Shown here in pieces: positions 40,651-53,400 of a stretch of 64,000 nucleotides of DNA (positions are counted from its first letter, which is position 1; the number at the start of each line of letters is the position of its first letter). The notes below the pieces were generated by a model, which did no database searches, was not told the origin of the DNA, and saw only the letters and a list, made by a program, of their open reading frames with translations. The stretch lies in the NCBI GenBank assembly GCA_964057225.1, contig OZ059896.1, positions 14,260,001 through 14,324,000 of the forward strand, written 5' to 3'. This DNA comes from Auanema rhodensis (lineage: Eukaryota > Animalia > Nematoda). Made by a program: the position numbers and the translations under genes.

Positions 40651-40655
<5 letters not shown>

Positions 40656-41729
40656 CTAACCTTTTTCCTCTCTTTGTCTCTTTTCTGCCTTGTTAACTAT
40701 ATTATTCAAATTATGTTATGAGTCGACAATTCAATTACTTTCTATCTTTTTATCTTTTAAACTTTAAACTTTGAGATAACAGATATTGAACATATCATAA
40801 GTTTAGTTTAATTGTATTTTTAATGTGGAAAATGAATTTAAAATTTTATTTACAATATAATTATTAAGATCACATGTAACTTTCAAATATACTTAGAATA
40901 AATTCATTTCATAGTAATTTAAATATTAATTTGAATTGATCATTACTTGTAATTCAAATATTGTATATTGCATTTCAATGACCATCTTTTTGCACACAAA
41001 TCTCTACCAATATACCAAATGTTTCCGTAAAATGGAAGTGGAAAAACATGATGTTAAAACTACTAGAGATTACTTGAACAATGAGGTGCACAAGTAGCAG
41101 CTTTCAGTGTTGTATATGATCACCGTTGTATATACAGATATTCATGTGCAAATCAAGCATAGCTGAGTTATTTCCCAAAAAAATGATTGTGTTTTTCATA
41201 ATGAATTTCCATCTGTTGTTTGCAGCTTGTATTTTTGATCTTAGCTGAAAGTTATTGATGTTACGACATAGAAGAGAAGAAGTTAAACATCAGTTTACAA
41301 TATTCATCTGTCCAATTTTTGATTCAATGATTGAGCATGAGATATTAGGTAGGTTTAGAGAACATGACGAATAAGCTCTCAAAGTAACGAAAACTATATT
41401 TAGTATTTTATAACAATTGAAATTGAAATTGTTTAGAATTCATATAAGTGATTAGATAAATTGATAGATTATACATATATCTAAACATTTTGAAACTTCA
41501 AATAAATATTTCATTGAGAAGTTCAATTTATCAGAGTTTGTACATTGCATGTATGTTGTTTCTTTTAATGAAAATGTTAATTGTGTACGTTATTTGTTTA
41601 TTATAGATTTCTAGAGTTTGATATTTGAACTTTTGTACTTATAATGATAATCTGTGGATATTTGATCACATAAAACAAGTAATTAATTGCTTTATTTTCA
41701 GAAAAACAGGAAGAAACAAGATTAACGGC

Positions 41730-42287
41730 TTAGCATTTTTCCTTTTCTCCGTGTACCTTGATGTCAAGAGTGACATAGGTCATAGAGTAAGTAGATCCAA
41801 TTTTATCCTTGGGAACAACATATTCTCCGATGCGGACGCATCCCTGGAAAGATTTAGTTGAGAACTCGGCTTTCAATGGACTGAATCAAAAGCCTTGGAG
41901 AAAGGTAACTTACAGGCTTGGAAACAGCGCAGGTATGTTCGAATCTGACGAATGGCTCAATGCTTCCAACCTGAAAAGTACTTAGTGAGCATAGAATAAG
42001 TTGACTTTACTCTACCTCGTCTTCCTCTCCATAAACCTTGAAGTTTCCTTCGGAATCAGTGACAACTTCTCCGAGAAGATCGTTGGGGTCAACTGAAACA
42101 AACAATTAGTGTGACATAAACATAGAAGCTTGTTCATACGGGTATCCTTGTCCCAGAGTTGAACCTTAACGTTGGCAAGACGCTTCTTGTTACAAACAGC
42201 AACTCCTTCAATAGTTACATTCTGCATTTTAGCAGAAACAGAGAGAAGACAGAAAAGTCCAAAAGTTAAAAGGATGAGGCAACGCAT
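41730..42287 (-). CDS. Transthyretin-like (TTR-52/DUF290 family) secreted protein, ttr-16/17/18 group
   Basis: Signal peptide, [56 protein letters not shown]. Confidence 0.93.
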
Positions 42288-43864
42288 CTTCTGTAAAACT
42301 GAGTATAGTAAGTGAAATCGTTTCCATTAATGGTACAAGAATGATATGTAATCAGCCGAGAAAAGTTTTTGGATTAGCTATTGATGACGCTGGATGTGAC
42401 TGAGAAGAGATAAAGAACATGGCACATAATCTTCTTGTCGCCTGAAATCTTTTATACAGATGGTTAACAGCTGTCAAAGGGGCGGACACTTTGGACGAAG
42501 AAAAGAAATTGTCCGAAATACCAACAGATGATACGGTTTTCAAAAGAAAAATTTGTACATTGTGCTCATAAAAACCGGAAAATGTAAAACAAAATCCAAA
42601 AACAATGCACATGATCAGTTTTATTTCTCATTGTGTTTTGGCAAAACCTAAGCGACATCCTGTTCATTTTGTTCATGAATCACAATTTGAAAAGATTGTG
42701 AAGGTTTTTTGGTTGAAGAAAGGAAATATGTAAAAATTCAAAGTTTTCAGTTACACAAAAAGAAATTTAAAATGGCAAATGTCATCAAGATTATCTGTTT
42801 GAATTTTCTTTTCCACGTGTTTGAGGAAGCCGCCAAGTTTTAAGGATGAAAAAGCTTGAATATGATGGATGAGATGAAAGCAATCACAATCTTCTGTGAT
42901 AAAACTGTCTGTGCTCTCATCTCATAAGCGGATCGGAATTTAGGGAAGATGTTTTGGTTTAAAGGAAACTTTCTTAAACGACATAAGGTTGGAATGTCCG
43001 ACAAGACACAAAGTTACAAATCGAAATTGAGGATGACGATGATGATGATACAACTTGACTTTCTTGTTTACATTCTAAAAGATTTCCTATCGTTCTCTCT
43101 CATTGAATTTGATAATTAATCAACTCTCTTAATCTAATTTTAACTATCTTAACAGTTGTTCGAAAGATTTTCTTTACTAAGCTTAAGCATAATATAAGTT
43201 CCTTTTATTATTTTCCGTCATCTATGTCTCTGAATCTTTTTCAGAATATTGTTTCATGTAACCATGCTTCTACAAATCTTGTCGTGACTATAAGTCAACC
43301 GTCAGCTACTGCAAAATCTGTTTTTCTGTTATTTTCTGAAGATAGAGGGAACGGAAATCAAAAATCATGACCATTTTCCCCAAAGCTACTGGCAATTCGT
43401 CACTCAAATTCAAATAAAAAATCTCAATAATATTTTCTTCCTGTAGAAACCTTTGTCTGGTTACAAGGGATAGAGGAACAAAAGACAAAAGCAAGACAGT
43501 TGGTTTCTAAATATTTTGATTAAAAACAGTTTCAAAGGAAAATGCATTCCAAACTGTCAACTATAACCTTTCAAATAACTGTTTTTGGGAATGTTTAATC
43601 ACAGTTTAAAGATAATACATAGAACAGGAATAGTTTAGTAGAAACTCAAGCAAAACCAATTATGCTGAGAAGGATAGAAAAGGTAATTCCAAACTTGGAA
43701 CGGTTTATAAATCTTTATTTATATGTTTCTAGGTACTCTAGACCGCATGTACATATTCATGTTTCTAATCTTATTCAAGATGACAATTCAGGTGCAACAT
43801 GGCATGCATGTACTTGTTTAATGAAAAGAAAACTTAATTTTCATGAAACAATTTGGAAAAAAAG

Positions 43865-45535
43865 CTAAAAGGTTGATTGAACTATTGTTCTTTTAGAAGG
43901 TGATATAGAATTGAGGGAGCTATGATTTCTCAAACCAATTACTCGTTTAGCTGCCAGACGGAATTTTTCTGATCTCCAAAGACACACATAGAACGTCTGG
44001 GAGTAGCAAATGAGAGCAAAAAAAACCTAAAATTACAAATATATATTTAACTATATATATATATATATATTGAAAATATTTGAATGTTTTTGATAAGCTT
44101 ACCATATCTGATTTCAAATTATTCTTTATGAATTCAGGTAGATCAAAAAGATTTATAAGATCAACTCCTAATAGACAGCTGTACCATGAAAAAATGTAAA
44201 CAAGAACAGATACACTTAATCTTCTTTGGACTGATTTAATTTGTTTACTATTCTCAGTTGTTTCTGAAAGAATAGGAATATGCCATTGAAAATTAAAATA
44301 TTTATTTGTATTAATTACCTCGACATTTCATCAAACCCATTGTTACAACATATAAAATAATGACTAATGTATTCATTATTACATTTCCCAAACTGAATAC
44401 TCGACCCCATGATGGTATTAAAACTAAATAAGAAGCATAAGTTGTAAATGAAATAGAATAAACTGCACCTAATGGTGGGTTACAAATCTCAATAATTTGA
44501 TCATCAGCTTCAACTAAAGCCACCACAGAGAATATCATACCAACCAAATTGGCAGGTAAACAAATTAAAAAAATGTAATTCCTGGTGTTGCATTTCTGAT
44601 ACCTAAAACAATATTATAATATTAACTATTAAATTCGTTTCATCATAAACATGGAAATATATCAAAGTTTCCACCTGATGTCACCATGACGATATAGTAA
44701 ACTCAGGGAAAAGTTTGAAAAAAAAGCAAAAGAAAACTGTTGTACAACAGATGCTTTCAAAGGGAAAAGAAAAAGATTTAAAAAAAAAAGTTTTCGAAGT
44801 AACATGTTAATCTGATTGTTATTCTGATCTTCGTCTATCTATCTATCAACATGTATATACTATATACATACATATGTATAAAATGACCTTATGTTAGTGT
44901 ATCTAATAATAAAAAAGTTTTCAATAATCTATATTATATTTGTTATTTTGAGATTAGGATTGTTTTGTTTATAAATTAAAAATAATTTGAAAGAAAATAA
45001 ATTAAAATAATTACCAGAATGGTCGACAGATAGCTAATAATAGATCGAGTACTAATACAAGAGCCATTACAGACTGTTGATTTATAAAAAACATATAAGG
45101 GAATATGAGATAAGCACATGTTCGCCTAATTACAGGAATTTGTGATGCCAGAAAGAAAACATTAACAAGTTCTGATAAGCAACACATAATATGACTACAT
45201 GCTGTTACAAGTAGTAATAGTCCTTAAAATAGAAAATAAAAAATAATATTCTAATTAATAGAAAAATAAAAACAAAAAAAAATAAAAATGAAAACAACAA
45301 TAACGGCTAGAAAAATACATATACATATGTCCATAAAACTTATTTAATATAATATGTGTATAAAAGCTTAACTATGTGATATAAGCTTACCAGATTTAGT
45401 TTGAACATCGGGTGAACGAACTGTAATGTATATAAGAGCTACATTACCAGCATTTCCAATAATATTAAAGAAGCAAATACCCCATATAATTAAATGCCTA
45501 TTTAATTCTACAAATAGTTCAGGTTCGTCAAACAT
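43865..45535 (-). CDS. Serpentine chemoreceptor, class SX (srsx) GPCR
   Basis: IIGNAGNVALIYITVRSPDVQTKSGLLL, LDLLLAICRPFWY, IEICNPPLG, FALICYSQTFYVCLWRSEKFR; multiple hydrophobic segments. Confidence 0.88.
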
Positions 45536-47707
45536 CTGAAATCATAAAAGTTGAGATATATGGATGAAATAGGTTAAATTATAACAAATACAACCGCATT
45601 AAGCCAGACAAATAATTAAAATGATATGATAATTGAGGAGTACATCTAGCTTATTGTACTAGTATTCTAATGAGATGTCATTTAATTTAGTTCAGCAATG
45701 CCATAATATCAAATTAATATGAAATATCTAAAGATATTTATAATGAATGTAATTTGAATATATATATATATATCTAATATGATAACTTATATAAGATTTC
45801 ATTTAACAAAAAAATTCAATTTAAAATAATAAGAATTATGTATATAAGCATCAACAATGAGAGTTATTACTATCTATCTATATGTAGTATGAAGGACAGA
45901 TATATCAGTGAATTCAACGGCATAGTTAGTTAAAGCTTATTGTAAACCATATACAGCTGATTTATCTATGATATCAAAGAAAAGTCTATTGTGATTAATT
46001 GAAAATGATTATGATAATAAGAAAAATAAATTTTATCAGCTGAATCTAAGTATAAAAGAGATAAGTACAGTAATTTCAGAAAAAGAAAGATAGATAGAGA
46101 TGAAATGAATATATTTGAAATAACTAATATATATATATATATATATGTTTTATAATAAAGATCACTTGAATTCTTCATGATAAAACTTTATTTGTGAAGG
46201 TACATGTATGTGAATATTTATATACTGAGGTACGGAAAGGGAGGGAAGGAGGGAGGGAAGAAAGGAGGGAGGGAAAGAGAAAAGAGGATTGGGGAGGGGC
46301 TGTGGTTTCATGTCTAGGTATATACATATCTACGTACATGTATGTACATATTATAAAAAGCTATTGATTAAAGTGATAGTGAATAACATATTTGTTAAAG
46401 CCAATTAAGCTTGTTACTTACTTACTTTATGTTGCTAATTAGCGTATCCATACCTACTTGCTTCATCTCAACTGAGAAATAAATTTCGATGAATATAGCC
46501 AAGAATGAGTATTTCTCTCCCACTCATGAGCTGTTTCAGAACTTACTCTCCATCTCCAACCTTCTCAAAAACTATCCATGTCATAAAGCGTGATTATGTG
46601 AGTTTTCATCATTGAATTTGAATGACTAAGCAATCATTTTCAAATAATGCAATTGGTTAGTTCTGATGGTGATTATTGAGAGTTTAGTTGTTTTAGTATA
46701 TGATACAACTAAAACCAAAAATAAGATCTTCTTATAAGCATTTTCATCAACTTTAATTGAATTTTGACTTATTTATTAATCTATTATCTAATGCGACTAT
46801 TTATGTACGTATATTATGATTAAATTCATTATAATTCCTTAAATAAAACATATGATTGAAAATAAGTTTGTATGCATTGGAACATCTTTCAGCATACCCT
46901 CATGAAATTGGAGTACAACTTAGTTTTACGGAACAATTTGTGACAAAAACTTGTTTTTCTCTGTTTCAACAAGAATGAATGTTGATGATTCTTCATATCA
47001 AAACATTCAAAATATGATGAAATCGTAAGGAATTATCAATCCGGATACACAACACAAACTCATTCATTAACTTCGGACAATTGCGTGGTAGATTAGGTTA
47101 AGCTAAGAGCGAATGATGTTGTTGAGTAGTTCTTGATACATCTTCCTTCCCTTGCTTATCACTTTTCATCCTATCCCCCTGTTCTCATGTAGGCTTCATA
47201 ACGGCTGTTCTAGAGAGCAAATTCGTCGTTGGCGGCACCTGATCATCTGAATGAAATGCTTTGTAACTTTTACTCGGCAATAATCAAATGTTTTTCAGAT
47301 TATCAACAATCATGCACACTTACCTCATTTTCTTCTCCTACGCATTATTTCATAATCTAAATTATATCATATAGTAAATAATAACAATTTACTTCGCAAA
47401 TACAACATTTTTGTTGTTTCTATTGAGAACGTCAAATTAGGATTTCTTTCTTCGAAAATCTTTGATTTATTGTAAAAACTGATATTCTTCAAAATTCAAA
47501 ATGATTGAATTGAATTTCATTTGATAAATTGCAAATATTTATTTATTATTTGCTTCAATCTGTTATTGTAACATCATGATCATGATCATAATCATGTAAA
47601 CAATAATATTTCTATATTTAAAAAAAAAAAATTTTATTTGGTTTGTATATACAGGGATGGAAAAACATATAATGAATGTATATATAAGTACATGAAAGAG
47701 TAAATGA

Positions 47708-48325
47708 TTAACAATTTTCTTTTTCTCCATGAACAATAATATCAAGAGTTACATAGGTCATCTCGTATACACTTCCAATCTTATCCTTTGGAACGGTGTA
47801 GTCAGAAATGCGAGTGCAGCCCTAAAATACAAAATTGTTCAAATAAAACTAGAGTTTGAAAAAAAATTTCCGCTCCCTCTTTGTCTCTTAATCTCTCTGT
47901 AGTTTTTTTAATTTCTCTCTCTCTCTCTCTGTAAGTTGTTGGTGTATCATTCATACCTTCTTAGCATTACAATTATGATGAATACGGATGAATGGTTCAA
48001 TACTTCCAACCTGAAACGTTGAAGCATTAAAACATCATTATATACTATATGTGACCTCATTTTCTTCACCATAAAGTTCGAACATTCCTTCCTTATCGGT
48101 ATGAATATCAGCCAAAAGGTCGTTAGGATCAACTGAAACATAACTCGTTAATAGTAGAATTGAAGACGTTAACTGACGAGTGTCACGATCGTAAAGCTGT
48201 ACATGAGCATTCGAGAATCGTCTCTTGTTACATACAGCAATTCCCCTCACAGTAATATTCTGAAGAATAGCTGAGACGGAGAGGATACAGCTAAGGACGA
48301 GAACCAACACAATAAGGCAACGCAT
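47708..48325 (-). CDS. Transthyretin-like secreted protein (paralogue of 41730-42287)
   Basis: [56 protein letters not shown]; same intron positions as the paralogue. Confidence 0.93.
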
Positions 48326-50486
48326 ATTTCTGAAATAGGAAAATGCTTAAATGCTTGAGACAATTTTCTAGCAACAGTATAAAGATCAAAGAATAAACAT
48401 TGAGAGCTGAGGACAATCATATGGCAAGTGTATCAAATGGGCACGTTGTACACGAAGATATTTATAAGTTCAAGAGGAAAGAATAGCCGGAGGCGTATTT
48501 AAATAGCCCAGAGGCATACCCAAGACAACTGTTCGACACTAATCATGCTGGTGATTAAGAAGGAAAAGTTCTTCTTCGCATCACAAACTATAAGATAAAA
48601 CTTGGAATTGAGATGGAAGAAGCACACTAAACACCTCATGGGATGCATACAAAGAAGAGATAGATAGTTAATTGAGGTATTAGAGACTAAGACTCGAAGA
48701 TTCATTGAAATAGTTCAATCACGTGTTGTGAGCTTTGATGACTGAAGAGCTAAAAGTGGGAGGAAAAGATTCACAGATTTGTCAAAAAGTCATGACAGCA
48801 GCATCCTAAGAATTTTAAACTTTACGCTTTTTCCGTTCAAATGTGAGGTAAACTTCTGAACTGTCGTTTCATTTCAGCTAGCCGTTTTTCTGTTTTATCA
48901 ATCGAAGTGCACTCTGGTAAATGAAATAATATCAGATACATACATACACATACATAATTACAGTGATTTATATTCAAATTATATATAATCTTTAAGTATT
49001 AATTATAATAAATATTTATATAATTCACATAAATATGATATAATACAAAAAATAAAGAAGAATGTACATATAGAATATATAATATGAATTTGTATTTTAA
49101 CCGTTCTGTATATCACCACATGTTGATATATACATATATATATTAAACATAAGAAAGAAGAGGTGGGGAAGTACAAACAATATTTTTAACATATTATTAT
49201 ATATTTTTATAATTCACGAAGATATGTTACATTATTAGCAAATGATAATATTGGTTTTGATCCATATGTTGTGACAATAGTTTTGTACATTAATCGACAG
49301 ATGAGAAAAACTATATAAATTGATGAACATATAGCTAAGACTTTGTACCATGCATCAGAAGATTCTATAAATGATATATATGTATATATCTACATAACTA
49401 TATATAAATATTATATTTAACTATATATATTTGAAATATTAACCAAGTAAATGTAATATATCAGCATGTTTCATCATATATTCTAATGGTATTTTACTAT
49501 CAACGCATACATCTTCTGTAAATATATTATAAAAATGTACTCATTTAGTTTGTCACAGAAAGCATTGAAAACAATTTTTACAAAACAAATTGATTAATAA
49601 AAAAATTATTTATTTATTATTATTTTAAATACTACAATAATTTTTATAAACGAACCGTTTGTTGTAGCCATTATATGATTAAATGAGCTCTGATCTCTGA
49701 GCTCATTAGCATATCGTTCACGTTTCAGCTTTTTCATTTCTTATAATTTTCCAAGCAAATCGGTCGAGTTTTCAAACAAAAATTCCAAGATTAATTTTAT
49801 TTAAAGCTAACTATATACACTAAACACATTCACATATACGAAGCTGTTTTCTCATCCATAAAAATAGTTTGGAAGAACATTGAGTTTGCGTTAAGCTGGT
49901 CACTTAGCTCCGCCCATCGTAGCGAGAGTGACTGTATGCGTAGGAGACGCTAAAGATGCAGAGAGAAGACGTCGTAACGTAGAGTGTATGTGTGGTCCTA
50001 TATGGACAAAAGCAATAAGAAAGCTCAGAATAGACAGTGACGACAACCACTGCGAGAAGCAGAGGAATAAGAAGGACACATTGAAGACGACGGACCCCAA
50101 CGTGGACAAGCAGAAGACCGACGACCATAACAAGGTGCTGATTGTTCTTCTTCATCATCTATTCATTCTGTTTCACTTTATGGTCCGAACTAAGTGATAG
50201 ATTTGGATTTTCATTTCCTCGACAGCAATTATTCAAATTTTCTATCATTATTCACAGATTGAATCTGTTAACTAACTGCTATTTCCATCATATTCAACGT
50301 CTACAACTACTTCATTAGAGCTGTATTAAAATAATCAATTACATCATATTCTTATAACTATTATCAATTCTTCTATTACTTATATATAATATTATTCATT
50401 TGTTTATATATAATTGATAAAACTTAAAACTTTTTTGTGTTGTCACGTTGTTTGTCTAAGCAAAAAGGCATCATCTGGCCCATATT

Positions 50487-53400
50487 ATGTTGTTGTTGGC
50501 ACTAAGTCAAGGACAACTAATTAGCATATTTCTCTTAATTACCACATTTGGCTTCATAGGTATGTTTGAATTTCAAATTTTATTTTAAATGTCTTGTCCT
50601 TGAAAATCTGGATGACAAGTGTCAGATTATATGTTTTTTGCTTTACGCCTCATTAAACTATCCAAAAAATGTTCAGTTTTTGATTGGTTTATACTATATA
50701 TTTTATTTTATTTTTATTTTTTCAGATTGTGCTTCAAGTTTGCTAGTAGAACCATCTTTTCTTCTTATCAATGAAGATTGGGAAGTAGGAACTGAACTTC
50801 CAATAACTATTTGTCCACAGAAAGCTCGTATTCTATCTGGAAATTATAGAAACTATTTTTCTATCAGAAAACTGAATGAATCCTGCTCTACTTTAATATT
50901 AAATAATCAATTGGATGCAGATGTAAGTATATTTTATTTGATCCCAATAACCATCTGCTTATGTTTATTCTCATGTAACTACTTGTACTCATTACCATAC
51001 CTATAGTTAGGAGGTTAGCTGCTACAGGTTAAATACAAAAATATTACTCTATGAAGAGTTAATTAAAAGGATGAACAAGAATTATGTTCATTATATGTTT
51101 TGCAATCCTCTGTAGTCTCATTATTCTTGAAACTATTCTAACATAGATATTTCAATACAGATGTATGAAACATTAATATATGAATAGAATATACATATAT
51201 AAGCATATATAACATATTTAAATAAGAAATTTAGTACATCTCCTCTTTATCTTTCTGTTTCTCTCTATCTCTCCCTCTCTCTCTCCCGTGTATTCAGATT
51301 TGGCCGTTAGTTGTCCTTCATTCCAATTTTTGTTTTCTAAAAGGATTTGAACGACGTGCATCACTGAATCTTCTTTCTTTTTCTTTTCTTTGCCCAAACA
51401 AGGCGACGAACATACCAAAAGCTACTAATCCTCCAATCTTTTTTCTATTTAGTTACTTTTGACTTCTCTCTTTTCGTTAACAATATAATAGGATGGTCCG
51501 ATCTTTTAGACCTATTTTCCCTTTTTCAATAGCATTTTTCGGATTATCGGAACAGCATGTTTTAGTGCTTACAGACGACTTATAACGAACACTTCGGCTT
51601 TTTACACTTTTTTCCCTCCCTGTCGTACAAAAAGTGAAAAAAAACGGAAGCCTAAGCTGTTAGGTGGTAGCTAATGAAAATATATCTGAAGAGGGAATGA
51701 CATAACAAGTCGAATGCAGGACACAATCGTTCATGTTTTGTTTTTTTGGTTAAGAAAATCCATTAACTTTTCCTACCGAACGTTTGTCCTTTTGCTTCTA
51801 TTACTCGAAATTGTCGTTTGGCTGAAGAGTTTAGTGTTCTATATTTGAATCTATCACTAAGTTCTATCCAAGTTTTATCATTAAGATGTGGTATTTCTCA
51901 TGTGAAAAAGGCGATAAAAGCCTTGATGAAAAGATTTACGATAGACATCTGTATGTTAAGTTGCTAATGTGAGAATTCATATGGGACGAAGAAAAATAGG
52001 AAAAAAACGATAATGAATTCGAAATGATTTCGTGACAACACCCAGACAATGATTAAAAAAATCAATGAAATAGTAAGCTGAAATGAGAGATTTCATGAGA
52101 TGACGACGAATAGAGAGACTATATTCTTGAGATGAAGAGAATGGTACAGAAGACAGTTGATTCTGATGACCAACCACTTATTTCAGCCGGTCCTTTTATG
52201 GCTTGATGATGACACATTTCGTTTGTTAGGCAATAGCCCCTTTTTTCCCTTTCAAAACTTCTTTTCAAGACAACATACTTATGTAATCGGAATATCAATG
52301 AAGTTTTTGTTGTAACTTCTAGTTTATGTGAAGCTTCTACATAATCAAAGCTTTTGCTGTGGTATGTGAAGAACTGACACATATCTTCCGGTTTGTGTTA
52401 TGGTCTTCCTCGAAATAACAGTTTAGATTTAGAATATAACAGAAAGATTAATTACGAAACGACACGAATGAGTGAATGAATAAGAGATTGTTATTAAGAT
52501 GGAGAAGTACCAGAGACTGTCCTAAAGCATTAGATAGCTATGACCACATGTGGCAATTGCTCAATTAATTTCCAATTGCTTCCAAACGGATTAATCCTCA
52601 GTCATCTAATCTAAGCAGACCAGGGAGATTGTTGCTATTACCTTTATTCCTGTTGCAGCATTCTCCCTCCGATTTCTCTCAACCTCTCTCATAGCCTTTT
52701 CTCTTCTCCTGTTCTGAGTCTTCCTCTTATTACCTGCTGACAGCTTGTGATCTAACGTGCTGTAAGCAAATGAAGCCCATTTTGCATAATAATCTCCGGC
52801 AATTTGAATTCTAAGCAGTTTATTAAAGCTAACTATTTGTGGCTTAGTATATGGGAATGCCCTATGTTAAGGATATACAAGGTCAGAGCACATATTGACT
52901 TTACCGTATATAAGCTAACGAACGTACAGGATTTGCTACTGTGTATGTGTGTTGTGTATATATGTGTGATGAAGCAATAACACGCTTGACCTGACAGATG
53001 TAACAGTCCGTCGACTAAGCACTAATAGTTAAAAACGGATTTTGTTTTGAAAAAGTTGAGTGATGGATGATTTACTCGTTTACTATTCAGAATATTGTAT
53101 ATACTATATGGTATAATTATACCGAATAGAGCAATCCATCTAGTGCAATCAAAGCACTACAACGACCTGAATTCATAATCAGCCATCCAAATTGACATCC
53201 GCCGTTCGGCGTCGATCAAGACTATAGTCCATACGAAGAAGCCTGTCCATAAAAGAGTTGATGATGTAGCTTTTAAAGCATAAGGTTGTTTCTTAGCCAT
53301 TCAACATAAGAGGGAATGAAGCAGATGCGAATATCATTCAACTTGAAACTCCATTTTGAGTTGAAGAGTGCCAATAAGGAAGTAAGAGATGACTTGTCTC

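Noticed and set aside
41099-41253. C/D snoRNA-like arrangement (ATGATCA...CTGA...ATGATTG...CTGA with terminal complementarity)
   Set aside because: The C boxes are degenerate and misplaced relative to the terminal stem, and no convincing guide of adequate length was found.
46880-47330. Splice-like signals and short ORFs between srsx and the second ttr
   Set aside because: No phase-consistent gene model on either strand.
49682-49707. 9-bp inverted repeat AATGAGCTC-N8-GAGCTCATT
   Set aside because: It is a single short instance with no other copy or supporting context.
46530-50180. CTGTTTCA (21U-RNA Ruby-like) motifs at ~46532, ~46961 and ~50168
   Set aside because: There are too few, they are scattered, and such matches are expected by chance in AT-rich DNA.
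49900-50197. Three overlapping ORFs of 77-89 aa
   Set aside because: They occupy a GC-richer block just upstream of the cadherin start and match no family, so promoter or enhancer DNA is the simpler explanation.
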